A DNA stretch of 64,000 nt from Pleurozia purpurea (GCA_975705895.1 OZ319674.1:4092001-4156000), one strand, 5' to 3'; shown: positions 11,517 through 24,483, numbered from the stretch's first letter. Numbers and translations are program-made. The notes: generated from the sequence alone by a model not told the origin.

Positions 11517-12090
11517 CAACAACAAGGGACCGGAATAGATGAACTCGAACACAAAGGGATGAACTCGAGCCAAATTTCGAGAAAATATATCCAAAAAATG
11601 GCCAAAAACAGGCTTTTCCTAGATGTGATAATTCCGATAGTCTCAAAACATTCATAACCTATAGTCAAAAATGAAATAATTGAGAGAAAAATTTAAGGCA
11701 AAAGATAGAAAAAAAAATATCATCTACAAAAACACGCAATTTGCGAACTAAGAATACAATATTAATAAGACAATAAAAAATATTTCATGAAACATGAACG
11801 AACCATTTTGAATATAACATATCTTGCAAAATTAAAATCAACAAAGTATCTTATTTCACAATACACAATAATATCAAAAGATGATGGAGATATTATTTTG
11901 ATAAAAGAGCCTAATTCTAATCCCACCATTAATAACTACCTTCAAGTTTAACTTGAAGGTTAACCAGACCCTTGTACATTTAAGTCTTGGTGAAGGAAAA
12001 TCAAAAACCTTTCGCCCATCTCTGAAACAATTTAGCAAAAACTAAGGTGTTCTACTCAACAAAATTAACTCTCCCCATCACTTGAGGTCA

Positions 12091-13238
12091 TCAGACTTCT
12101 AATCGAGATCGTATTATCTCAATTGTATCTTTACGCAGCCTTTTTGCAACAGATAGGGAGAAGTTATAAGACAAGACTGTTGTCTTTGAGAGATAAAGCT
12201 CTTGCATTCGAGTTGCAGTCTTGAGCCTTCCAACACTTCTTCTTTGAGATCTCTTCGATCGATCGTTCACCTGATATTCTTCATGATATTTTGCAATATA
12301 TGGATCGTCCTCATTTTTATCACATGCAAACCATCTGATAAAAAATTGATCAGGTGTATCATCCTCCAGCATAACACCAACCCGTTGTACTTGAGCAATC
12401 CAAAATGGTCGACCGTCTGGACAATTTTCAGCCTCCACACAAATCATGGAACCAACTTCAAGGTCCTTGAAGTCGCCAGTCATTTTCTCCCTTTCTTCCA
12501 CAACTCTCGTCGGATTCTTGTAGTTCCCAACATAAATTTCTCTCCTCTCTCCGAGAAGTTCCAAGTCTAAGTCTGCAGGATCAATGGTAGGCACATGATT
12601 GAAAAAAATGCCTGCAGCCTCCGTCCACTCGCGGCCACGCATGTTGAAAAAATTTGCCACCAAAGGAAGAGGTTCAAGCAAATGTTTGTTGAAATGACGT
12701 TGCTCTTCAAAAAACTTTTTCCACCAAGTGATGTCAGTCGATGCAAACAAGTTTGACAATGAGAAAATATGATTCTCAATATCAACAAGGAAGATTTCCA
12801 TGTCTTCATGACTGAAAGGGGAGTCCGAATTGGTTTTTGAAACCAAAGGCATCTTCTCTCCTCTTTTACGAAGCGGTAGACCTCGAGCCTCGTAAATAGG
12901 TCCGGAAGGAAAGCTTTCCTTGAGAAAATTTACACCACCAATTGGTTCCCATGATACATCCGAGGAAACTTTCTTTGACCATTGGGATGGAACGACAGAG
13001 TTTGAGGTGTTGAGCTTGATGCGAAATTGATGTGAAAAACTCAGGTTCCGGATGTTGTTGATGACTATTTTGGGATCCGACAAGGCATAGCGACGGAAGT
13101 CTGGAATGGAATCGACCACAGAAATGGTAGGAGTAGGGCTGTAAGACTCGTGAACCACCTTGATGAATGAATCCAAAGTGAAGGCCTTATTTTTGGCGAG
13201 AGCCTGAGATATCTTACTCAACATCTGATCAATCCTAT
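12091..13238 (-). pseudogene. A1 transposase, 3' part of exon 2 (cut by a nested insertion at GHTxDR|IDQ)
   Basis: From RIDQMLSK to IRSRLEV*, near-identical to 48693-49840. The upstream part resumes at 20938. Confidence 0.9.
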
Positions 13239-14961
13239 AACAAGGGACCGGAATAGATGAACTCGAACACAAAGGGATGAACTCGAGCCAAATTTTGAGA
13301 AAATATATCCAAAAAGTGGCCAAAAATAGGCTTTTCCTAGATGTGATAATTCCGATAGTCTCAAAACATTCATAACCTATAGTCAAAAATGAAATAATTG
13401 AGAGAAAAATTTAAGGAAAAAGAGAGAAAAAAAAACATCATCTACAAAAACACGCAATTTGCGAACTAAGAATACAATATTAATAAGACAATAAAAAAAT
13501 ATTTCATGAAACATGCCATAACCATTTTGAATATAACATATCTTCCAAAATTAAAATCAACAAAGTATCTTATTTTGCAATACATAATAATATCAAAAGA
13601 TGATGGAGATATTATTTTGATAAAAGAGCCTAATTCTAATCCCACCATTAATAACTACCTTGAAGTTTAACTTGAAGGTTAACTCTGCAGACCCTTGTAC
13701 ATTTAAGTCTTGGTGAAGGAAAATTAAAAACCTTTCGCCCATCTCTGAAACAATTTAGCAAAAACTAAGGTGTTTTACTCAACAAAATTAACTCTCCCCA
13801 TCACTTGAGGTCATCAGACTTCTAATCGAGATCGTATTATCTCAATTGTATCTCTACGCAACCTTTTTGCAACAGATAGGGAGAAGTTATAAGACAAGAC
13901 TGTTGTCTTTGAGAGATAAAGCTCTTGCATTCGAGTTGCAGTCTTGAGCCTTCCAACACTTCTTCTTTGAGATCTCTTCGATCGATCGTCCACCTGATAT
14001 TTTTCATGATATTTTGCAATATATGGATCGTCCTCATGTTTATCACATGCAAACCATCTGATAAAAATTTGATCAGGTGTATCATCCTCTAGCATAACAC
14101 CAACCCGTTGTACTTGAGCAATCCAAAATGGTCGACCGTCTGGACAATTTTCAGCCTCCACACAAATCATGGAACCAACTTCAAGGTCCTTGAAGTCGCC
14201 AGTCATTTTCTCCCTTTCTTCCACAACTCTCGCCGGATTCTTGTAGTTCCCAACATAAATTTCTCTCCTCTCTCCGAGAAGTTCCAAGTCTAAGTCTGCA
14301 GGATCAATGGTAGGCACATGATTGAAAAAAATGCCTGCAGCCTCCGTCCACTCGCGGCCACGCATGTTGAAAAAATTTGCCACCAAAGAAAGAGGTTCAA
14401 GCAAATGTTTGTTGAAATGACGTTGCTCTTCAAAAAACTTTTTCCACCAAGTGATGTCAGTCGATGCAAACAAGTTTGACAATGAGAAAATATGATTCTC
14501 AATATCAACAAGAAAGATTTCCATGTCTTCATGACTGAAAGGGGAGTCCGAATTGGTTTTTGAAACCAAAGGCATCTTCTCTTCTCTTTTACGAAGCGGT
14601 AGACCTCGAGCCTCGTAAATAGGTCCGGAAGGAAAGCTTTCCTTGAGAAAATTTACACCACCAATTGGTTCCCATGATACATCCGAGGAAACTTTCTTTG
14701 ACCATTGGGATGGAACGACAGAGTTTGAGGTGTTGAGCTTGATGCGAAATTGATGTGAAAAACTCAGGTTCCGGATGTTGTTGATGACTATTTTGGGATC
14801 CGACAAGGCATAGCGACGGAAGTCTGGAATGGAATCGACCACAGAAATGGTAGGAGTAGGGCTGTAAGACTCGTGAACCACCTTGATGAATGAATCCAAA
14901 GTGAAGGCCTTATTTTTGGCGAGAGCCTGAGATATCTTACTCAACATCTGATCAATCCTAT
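13239..14961. repeat. Tandemly duplicated 1.72-kb left end of family A (TIR plus transposase 3' fragment 13814-14961)
   Basis: Left TIR at 13239 preceded by CTAT; the unit ends at the same CTAT|TIR junction at 14958-14962. Confidence 0.92.
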
Positions 14962-15516
14962 AACAAGGGACCGGAATAGATGAACTCGAGCCAAATTTTG
15001 AGAAAATATATCCAAAAAGTGGCCAAAAACAGGCTTTTCCTAGATGTGATAATTCCGATAGTCTCAAAACATTCATAACCTATAGTCAAAAATGAAATAA
15101 TTGAGAGAAAAATTTAAGGAAAAAGAGAGAAAAAAAAACATCATCTACAAAAACACGCAATTTGCGAACTAAGAATACAATATTAATAAGACAATAAAAA
15201 AATATTTCATGAAACATGCCATAACCATTTTGAATATAACATATCTTCCAAAATTAAAATCAACAAAGTATCTTATTTTGCAATACATAATAATATCAAA
15301 AGATGATGGAGATATTATTTTGATAAAAGAGCCTAATTCTAATCCCACCATTAATAACTACCTTGAAGTTTAACTTGAAGGTTAACTCTGCAGACCCTTG
15401 TACATTTAAGTCTTGGTGAAGGAAAATTAAAAACCTTTCGCCCATCTCTGAAACAATTTAGCAAAAACTAAGGTGTTTTACTCAACAAAATTAACTCTCC
15501 CCATCACTTGAGGTCA

Positions 15517-16716
15517 TCAGACTTCTAATCGAGATCGTATTATCTCAATTGTATCTCTACGCAACCTTTTTGCAACAGATAGGGAGAAGTTATAAGACAA
15601 GACTGTTGTCTTTGAGAGATAAAGCTCTTGCATTCGAGTTGCAGTCTTGAGCCTTCCAACACTTCTTCTTTGAGATCTCTTCGATCGATCGTCCACCTGA
15701 TATTTTTCATGATATTTTGCAATATATGGATCGTCCTCATGTTTATCACATGCAAACCATCTGATAAAAATTTGATCAGGTGTATCATCCTCTAGCATAA
15801 CACCAACCCGTTGTACTTGAGCAATCCAAAATGGTCGACCGTCTGGACAATTTTCAGCCTCCACACAAATCATGGAACCAACTTCAAGGTCCTTGAAGTC
15901 GCCAGTCATTTTCTCCCTTTCTTCCACAACTCTCGCCGGATTCTTGTAGTTCCCAACATAAATTTCTCTCCTCTCTCCGAGAAGTTCCAAGTCTAAGTCT
16001 GCAGGATCAATGGTAGGCACATGATTGAAAAAAATGCCTGCAGCCTCCGTCCACTCGCGGCCACGCATGTTGAAAAAATTTGCCACCAAAGGAAGAGGTT
16101 CAAGCAAATGTTTGTTGAAATGACGTTGCTCTTCAAAAAACTTTTTCCACCAAGTGATGTCAGTCGATGCAAACAAGTTTGACAATGAGAAAATATGATT
16201 CTCAATATCAACAAGGAAGATTTCCATGTCTTCATGACTGAAAGGGGAGTCCGAATTGGTTTTTGAAACCAAAGGCATCTTCTCTCCTCTTTTACGAAGC
16301 GGTAGACCTCGAGCCTCGTAAACAGGTCCGGAAGGAAAGCTTTCCTTGAGAAAATTTACACCACCAATTGGTTCCCATGATACATCTGAGGAAACTTTCT
16401 TTGACCATTGGGATGGAACGACAGAGTTTGAGGTGTTGAGCTTGATGCGAAATTGATGTGAAAAACTCAGGTTCCGGATGTTGTTGATGACTATTTTGGG
16501 ATCCGACAAGGCATAGCGACGGAAGTCTGGAATGAAATCGACCAAAGAAATGGTAGGAGTAGGGCTGTAAGACTCGTGAACCACCTTGATGAATGAATCC
16601 AAAGTGAAGGCCTTATTTTTGGCGAGAGCCTGAGATATCTTACTAAACATCTGATCAATCCTATCATGGGTATGTCCAACAATGAGAAAGTTTATCTTTA
16701 CTTTTCTGAAAACCTT
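15517..16716 (-). pseudogene. A2 transposase 3' fragment
   Basis: From KVFRKVKINFLIVGHTHDRIDQMFS to the stop; fused at ~16716 to the GC-rich palindrome minisatellite. Confidence 0.9.
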
Positions 16717-17205
16717 GCATGCATGCATCAAGGTTTGCTCGGCGGGCGGGCGCGCGGGGGCGAGGGGGGGCGCGAAAGCGTCGTCCGGCGGGGGGGCGGG
16801 GGCGCGAGGTCGCCGGCGGCCGCGCGGGGGCGAGGGGGGACGCGAAAGCGTCGTCCGGCGGGGGGGCGGGAGCGCGCGGTCGCGGACCGCCGCGCAAACC
16901 TTGATGCATGCATCAAGGTTTGCTCGGCGGGGCGGGCGCGCGGGGGGGAGGGGGGGCGCGAAAGCGTCGTCCGACGGGGGGGCGGGGGCGCGCGGTCGCG
17001 GACCGCCGCGCAAACCTTGATGCATGCATCAAGGTTTGCTCGGCGGGGCGGGTGCGCGGGGGGGAGGGGTCGCGATGTTGCCGGCGCGGCTGCAAACCTT
17101 GATGCATGCATCAAGGTTTGCCCGGCGGGGGCGCGTGCGCGGGGGGAGCGGGGGCGGGAAAGCGAGGGAGGCGAGGGAACTTTGATGCGTGCATCAAGGT
17201 TGGGC
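16717..17205. repeat. GC-rich minisatellite with palindromes (intron 1 of the A2 ParB-MTase gene)
   Basis: gcaaaccTTGATGCATGCATCAAggtttgc separated by G-rich ~60-bp subunits. Confidence 0.9.
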
Positions 17206-17384
17206 GAGGGCAGCGAGATAAATTAAGTTTTCGTTTATTAAATTAATCTTTCCTTCTCCTTTTTTCAGCAGGAAAGCTGGCGCGCGTTAAACAGACTGTG
17301 AGGTTGGCATTTCCGAAGACAGCAGGCCTCGCAGCGGCTGCAGCTTCCGCCTCACAGAGCACAAACACAACCGAGCCGCAGGAA

Positions 17385-20300
17385 ATGGCGCCCTCGAAGT
17401 CACTCATGGAGAAGGCCGAGGACGTTCTGAGCCAACTGGGTTCGAGTCCCAAGGAAGCTGCTTGGGTAATCAACATGGGAGACGAGGATTGGAGGAACGA
17501 GTTCCTCATTGTGAACGTCCTCACCACCAACTCGAACAGACAAAAGAGTTGGGCTCGATTAGGGAGGATAAATTTCTTCCGTAAGGTCATTGAAGAGGGG
17601 ACAGGGCAAATTATTTTCCAGGTGCTTGTCGACATGGATGGCACCCTGTCCGGCTACGGGCTTCGAGCGACCAAGTTCCGCAAGGATTCAATGGTGGACT
17701 ACACAGCGAGGTTCGGGGAACTTACGAACAATATTCGTTTCGCTGCGCAGAAGCGGAACTGGGATTTTGTAGTGACCCTAGTCTTGGGTCATGTAGAGAA
17801 CTTTCAGGAGGCTTCCCTTGAATTCAACCTGAAAAAGCACCGGAAGGAGTTAGGGGAGGGAACGGAATCTGAAGAAGACGACGAGGCAGATGAAGAAGAA
17901 GAAGAAGATGAAGAGGAGGATGACGAAGAAGATGTATAGGAGGTGCCTCCTCCCCCTCCAGCAAAGAAGAAGACATCAGCTGCGCCGCGTGCCGGCAAAG
18001 TCATGGCAGACTTGCGGGAACATTCCCCGTTACCGACGCCTAGAGCGGCGCCCAGCAAGAGGCGGAGGGTTTACGATCCCCCCCGAGGGCATGCATCCCA
18101 GCCACGGTCGGAAGAGGAGAGGCCTCAAGCCGAACAACAAGTGCCCCAAGAGTCGGGGCAGCCAAAACGAAAGTGGTCCCGGAAGAATACCGAGGAACCG
18201 CTCACGGAGACATTTCATCAGTCGATGATGGCAACGTCCATCAAAGAGGCCCAAGCGAGGTCTCATGAACTCATCGAGAAGAACATGATTCAGAGGACCA
18301 CGATGCTCGTGGACGTGAGCCAGATAATTCCGCCTGTCTCCGGTGCAGGAACGTTGCCGCCCTGGCAAATCCGACCAGTGAACGACTGGTTTGTAGAATC
18401 CCTCATCAACCGTTTCGAGAAAAACTTCAACCTGCTGCACTTGAAGTTTACTTTGCACTTAGATCCGGAGCAGTGCCCCACGAAGGAGGATTACAATCCT
18501 CGAGAAAAAATGACATACAAGTTTCGTATTCTTGGCGGCAACCATTCGTTTTTGGCAGTGAGGCACTTGCACGACAAGCATCCAGCAAGTTCCGTTTTTG
18601 ATACAATTGAGGCTCATGTTCTAGTTGGCTGCTCAATAAAGGAGCAGGCCCAGATTGCTTGGGCGGATAATATTGACGGAGAGCTGCGTTACAAGCTCTC
18701 CCTTCCCCAACGAGTTTTGTATATTCATGATCGGTGGACAGCTGCCGAAAGAGATGAAACAATCAACAAGCAGCAGTTCAAGTTGGAAATTGCAAAGGAG
18801 ATCCAGCTTCCCAAGTGGGGAGAGGCGACGCCACAAAGCGTCATCCAGGGAGCTGACAACATGTTCCAGCTTGCGTTCCGTGGCGGTCGAGTGTGGGACC
18901 TCGTCAACAAAATTTTGCGCATGTACGAGGCATGTGAATTGAAGGGGCAGGAGACAAAAACTGCCAAGGGGAAAAAGTCTGAAACATCTCAGGCGGCCCA
19001 ACGTCCAATCCCGACCTCCGATATGAAGATCACGGATTGGAAACACATGGAGGGGATCAAGAGCGACGAGCAGGTCCTCCGCGTTTTGGCATGTGTCGTC
19101 GAGAAAGAACTTTCACTTACGCAGATGGGTGAGGAGTTCTCGCGCGTGAAGGTGTACTTGCGCATCCGGCAAGGATTTTGTGTCTGTCTCCACCGCGATT
19201 CTTTCGTGGATGTTTTGGAGGATTTTTCTGAATGGGTTACGGAGAAGTCGGAGTGGGAATTCCTTACCGTGTTCCGAGATCATGTGAGTGTTCACAGATT
19301 TATGTTTGATGCATGCATCAAGCTTTGCTCAAGTTTCTTCTCTTGACGTTGCTGTTTTTGCGATTTTGGTTGCAATCTTTGATGCGTGCATCAAGACATT
19401 TCAACTCACGGTTGTGTTCTTCTTGTTTACAGGACAAGAATCGGCTAGCTGCAGGGGGAATGAAGAGAGGACGGAAAGCCAAAAACGCCGTTCTCACAGA
19501 GCAAGACTTTCCTCCCAAATTCCGTTCACACTGCCACGAAATCCTTCGGAAGCAGCAGAACAAACTGAGCGCCTCAGAGCTCAACCGAGATGATCCTTCG
19601 GCGTCGGACATGGTTCTAAAGTTCAGAGATCCAGAGGGTGATATCTCTTACGAGATTGTCCAAGGAGATGCGCGACAACTCGAGGGAATTGTGAGGAAGA
19701 GACCTTATTCCCTCTGCATAATGGACATCCCATATGGTCTGAATCTTCCGGACTGCCTTCATAATGATCAGCAGCCACTCACGAAGGCGGAGCTCAGGGA
19801 GGTTGTGCAGGGGTTTGTTGCCACCTCTGAAGCCGAGGTGTGGAGGATAGTCATCATGCATTCGGTAGAGCAATGTGGCATGGTGAGGAAAATTTTGCGG
19901 GAATTTTGCACAGGCGGTTTTGAGTCCGGGGTTTGGACAAAACGCAATGCCATCAATTCGGGTGGAGCTCGTCTCAACAACCAATTTGAGATATGGCATG
20001 TAGGCTACGGCGGGAAGAATAGCCCGAAAAGAATGGATGAGCATCTTTGCTTCAAGTCGGGGGCGGAGCATTCCAACGTTGTGGATGCTTTCAGCGTGAC
20101 CCAAAAGGTCAAGTGTAGCCTTGATGGACAGACGCTCAATATCTATCAGAAGCCTCGACGGCTTCTTAATTGGTTTGTTGAACATTTTTCTTGTACTGGT
20201 GATTGGATTCTCGATTTATTTTCGGGATCAGGAACAGGTTTACTGTCGGCTTTATCATACGGACGTCATTGTGTGTCCGTGGAGGTGGATCAGTGGCAAG

Positions 20301-20644
20301 TTTTAGAGCTCAAGAGCCGGGTCAATGTGCTAGACAATGACCGTTTTGGGAAGAGGGAGCACCTTCAGGATCTGAGGCGTTTTGCTACTGCCCAGCCGGG
20401 TTCGGTTCGTCCTGGAGACATGGACGCAGTTCATACCGATGAGAGGGAGAACCCTGTTCGGCAGGAGGGTTCACCTTCTCCAAATGAAGCCGATATTGCT
20501 TCCACACTTGATCAAGCCGTCGCCGTCATTTCTGGACAATCCTTGGAAGATTTTGTCAATGATATTGTGGTTAGAGAAAACGCTTCATCGGAGATGCCAC
20601 AAACCACACATGTTGTTGACGACGAGCAAGAGAAAACCGAATAG
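17385..20644 (+). pseudogene. A2 ParB-like / N6A-N4C DNA methyltransferase fusion gene (~1,036 codons), one premature stop
   Basis: Exons 17385-19283 and 19433-20644 (149-bp phase-0 intron, gtgagt...ttacag). Motifs QIRPVNDWFVESL, FRILGGNHSF, IMDIPYG, YQKPRRLLNWFVEHFSCTGDWILDLFSGSGTG and GRHCVSVEVD. TAG at 17937-17939 (CAG or GAG in the other copies). Confidence 0.9.
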
Positions 20645-20937
20645 ATGTTAGAAATGCCTTGTATTTGAATATTTGGAGATTTCTGGTAGTTGATAGTGTT
20701 GCATCTTTAGCTCAAAATGTCTATTTTCACAAGACAGCTTTCGAGCATTTGTATATAATTACGACATTGTGAATAAATTTGTAATATTTGGTCAACGGTG
20801 TTTTTTACAATATATTATTTTGTGTTTGATTTTTATAAGGTAAGCAAAATGATTGATTTTGGCCTCTTTTTGCATATTCCAAAATTTCGAAAAATTTTGA
20901 ACTCAATTCTTGAGTTCATCTATTCCGGTCCCTTGTT

Positions 20938-23900
20938 CTATCTTGGGTATGTCCAACAATGAGAAAGTTTATCTTTACTTTTCTGAAAACCTTTGTGTAA
21001 ACTAGAAAATGAAGATAAGACATGAGCAAGTTGTTCTTGTTTTCTCTGGCAGTGTTATCGAGTTGAAGGTAAAGAACAGGGGGTAACGGACTTTCCCACT
21101 CATTGATGATAGTTTGAATGATGAAAATAGTGAGATTTGCATCGTTACGATGATTAGGATAGTTCAAGAAAACCCTCGACTTGAAAGTTCCACAGAATAT
21201 GTGAACACCCACAAGATGAACATGAATAAAGTAACTCGGGTCCGCAGACTTTGGAACACGGAACCAATGTGAAAGGTTGGTTTTCGATTGGTCCATGCCA
21301 TCCATGACCAACTGAAGGTATTTGTGAGGATGATCTTCGCTCTTCTTGCGATGCTTTTTTGATTTCGTGCGCTTATCGTCTTGATGTTTTAGATGCCGTT
21401 GGAGCCCAATTCTTCCACGTTCTGTAAGAAAGGAGAAGAAGTATGAGAAAACAAAACCTAGTTGAAGCTTGGTCGGAATCTTATAAATCCAAAGTGCAAA
21501 GATCAGAATAGACGCAAAGTTGGAAACCTTTTGGCAAACAAGCACAAATCTTCGCCAGAAATGGCTCAACATTAAATTTCGTCAAAGTCAAGAAGAAAAA
21601 TCTTGATGCATGCATCAAAGCCGTTCAATAGAGAACAAGGTACTCAGACTCCCAACGCAAATTATGTTTGCCAATGAAGGCGCAGGCAAGATACATGAGC
21701 CCAACCTAATGACAATCATGTCAAAACCCCAAATACTTCTCATGAATTTCAATCGATAGGAGAACTTGAAAACAAACCTTTGATGCATGCATCAAAGTTT
21801 TCCAAGGGAGTCAAGCCTTTTCAAAAAACATTGAGCAAAGAAAAGGAGGCTAGCAAAAAACATTTAGATAAAAGAAGACAATAATATCTGGAAAGCATAG
21901 AAACCTGCAGATAGTAAAAAAAGACCCAGACCAAGAAAAAAACATTGATGCGTGCATCAAACTTCTTAACAAAGAGTCAACAACAACCTGAGCTTGGGAC
22001 CAAAATGGCATCCGAAAAAAGATGCGAAAGAAAAACAACCGAGTATTGTCGTGAAATCAAACGAATATATGTCTGAAAATATTATCAACGCGAGATAATG
22101 TGATGAAGATGAGGACTCATGTGAGCTGTTTAACCCTCGCCAAAAAGAATCTCCACTTCAAGAAGCTGAAGATGGCCATGCCCAACAAAAACAAAATCTC
22201 TGAAAGGGTTGCAAGCTTCAAACAATGAGAGAAGTTTGATGCGTGCATCAAGCTCGTCGGAAGCCTTGCTAAATGAAACAGGTTGACCCCCAAGTGTTGC
22301 ATTCAGAATGTATGTCAGAGTTACTAGATAAGTTTTTGAGAGTTTTTCGGAGCTAGTAGCACTGCTTATCATAACTTCTGATCCCCGAAAGGGTTGCAAG
22401 ATTCACAAACTAGAATAAAGTTGATGCGTGCATCAAACTTGGCGGCAGCCTAACCAGGTGAAACGGGTTGGCCCACCCAGAGTTGCATTCAGAACGGATG
22501 CAAGAGTTGCTAGCTAATCTTTGGAGACTAATCCAGCTAGGACACTCCCTATGATAGCCTCTAGGAGCGGAGGCCTCCTTGTTTAAGGAAACATGCGAGA
22601 GATTCTGAAATCTTAAACATTTCATATTAAAAAAAGGCAAGACACAGTGAAAGAAGTTTGATGCATGCATCAAAGTTCTCCATGGCGGTTTGTACTGAAA
22701 CGGGTTGTCTAACCGAATGGCGGCTTGAAGACGGATTAAAGTGTAAGTTTTGAGCGAGGCTCCCATCTATTTTGTTCTCAATCATTGGCTTAGAGCAGCA
22801 TCAAAGACCTGTCACAAATAGTGGCCACTGCCCTATCCAAAAAAAAGATAGCTCGCAAAATTCTGAAGGAGGATATGTCAAACTATGTATTCGAGCCAGA
22901 TAATCTGGAGCCTAAAAATGACAATGAAATTTGATGTGTTCATCGCAAAGGGAAATAGTGTTGTGCGACATAAAGGAACTACAGCAAATTAAGCCAATCA
23001 TTTAAAGTCAAACATCACGAATGAAACATACAAAAGACACTGACATCCACTCACTGGTCAGGGTTGCTAAAATGTGTCCGAAATGGAACACATGCTTTTG
23101 GTTTAAGAATGACCTGAAGCAGAACCTTGATGCATGCATCAAGGTTTGTGAATCAAAATTCACTGAATGCGTTAGGGAAGATGGAGACCTCCGCCGTAAG
23201 TGATCCGGCTCAAAACCATCGAAGCAAGTGGAATTGATGTTAAATGAATTGTTACCTTTTTCCTCCAGGGTTTCTGCCTTTTGCCTCAACGCTTTGAAAT
23301 CATGTTCGCACTGGGCGCATGCCGCGAAGCGGTTTGTTGCTGGAATCTTTACATTCGGAAAACTTTGGAGCCAAACGCTCTTAAATTGTGTGAGTGACAA
23401 GGTCGATATTGCATTCGTCATTCGCTCGTCGGCTTGCAAAATTGAAAAGACGCTGAGCTTGGTGAAATGGGCCGGCAGATGTTGACGCTCTCTGTCGGGC
23501 ATAATATCGCAGTGCCTTTTGAAGAAATCATCTAGCCAGACCTTAATGCTAAGGCGGCCTTCAGAGGGCGTCCGACCACTTGGCGAAAGAGGCGAAGGAT
23601 CTGCTGTGCCTGACAATCTACACTTCGATATTCTTTTTGGGCCTAATCCTAAAACCTTGCGGAATGCTCGGACGCAAACCTCTCTTTCATCAACGAGGAA
23701 TGCCCACTGCTTGGTTGAAGCGTTGAAAACATTCATCTGTTTCAATGAAAGGTTTTGCTCCCGAACAGACTGCGAGAACTAGATTTTTCGAACAAATCTC
23801 AACGTAGACTTGCCTAGCAGTGCGCAACACAATTTTGAACAACAAGGCTCCCTCACCAGTTCAATAATGTCCGCCTCTGAAAGCTTTGCCTTGAGATGAT

Positions 23901-24483
23901 GGTCTCTTGCAACTCTCCTATTTGAACTAAAAGCACTAAGAGGTGATGCTGAAGCTTCCGAAACACCATCAGATTGCTCGCGAAGCGACTCTAGTGGCTG
24001 TTGTGGAAAGCATCGAGCGGTGTTATGTGACTTTGCTGGTGCTTGGTGCGTTCCGTGTTCTCTCACCGGTTTGAACGAGTTGAATTCGATTACCCATCCC
24101 CTTCGTGCTTGCGGTGGACGGTTCTCACGAGTTAGGATTTCTTCTGGAGAGACAACTGGAGCATTCATCGGTAGCCATGCTTCTTTTTCTTTGGCTCCGA
24201 ACTGCTCCGCCGATGTTTTCCCCATTTTTCTTAGTGAGGTCCCGAGGATTCTTGATGCATGCATCAAGCCAGTACTCGCACCAGAAACCCCAGGCCGAGT
24301 CATTGATCCTATTGTTGATCCCTTTCCCAACGGGCAAGATATCAGTCGGCCTCTTAAAGACTGCGCAGTATCGTACATGGTCTTTTTACCTCGGGACTCT
24401 GCCTTCGTGTCTCTCTTCCGCTTGAAAACCCTCGGAGTCACTCCATCTGGGGAAGAAGTAAACTGTATTCCCGTTGTCTCCAT
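20938..24483 (-). pseudogene. A1 transposase, exon 1 (24483-23256), 1.8-kb intron and 5' part of exon 2 (21421-20938)
   Basis: Motifs VMDGMDQSK, LYLQLDNTARENKN and FLIVGHTQDR. TGG>TAG stop at 23779-23781. Confidence 0.9.

Larger units (their letters stand above)
14962..20937. mobile_element. Family-A copy A2, internally deleted (~6.0 kb), nested in the A1 transposase gene in the same orientation
   Basis: TIRs at 14962-14987 and 20912-20937; TSD CTAT at 14958-14961 and 20938-20941; lacks transposase exon 1, its intron and the shared promoter. Confidence 0.92.

Noticed and set aside
12091..15076. 431-aa and 420-aa ORFs as independent paralogous genes
   Set aside because: Their N-termini are read from the TIR/left end of the nested copy; they are truncated transposase exon-2 pieces.
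15517..17025. 502-aa ORF as a full gene
   Set aside because: It is a chimera of minisatellite and transposase 3' fragment produced by the A2 deletion.
16664..17226. Many G/R/A/P-rich ORFs containing LMHAS, DACIK or MHQG (also 25580-25984 and 57338-58010)
   Set aside because: They are translations of the palindrome-bearing GC-rich intronic minisatellite, open in several frames and not conserved between copies.
17385..20644. Bacterial restriction-modification or prophage ParB-MTase locus, or contamination
   Set aside because: Phase-consistent spliceosomal introns, TIR/TSD boundaries and interleaving with Copia, Harbinger and dirigent sequences; no cognate nuclease gene seen.
21850..23000. Short ORFs conserved in three copies within the transposase intron (also 50749-51822 and 60655-61656)
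   Set aside because: Conservation reflects recent copying, indels differ between copies, and exons 1 and 2 already join in phase without them. Small extra exons cannot be fully excluded without RNA data.
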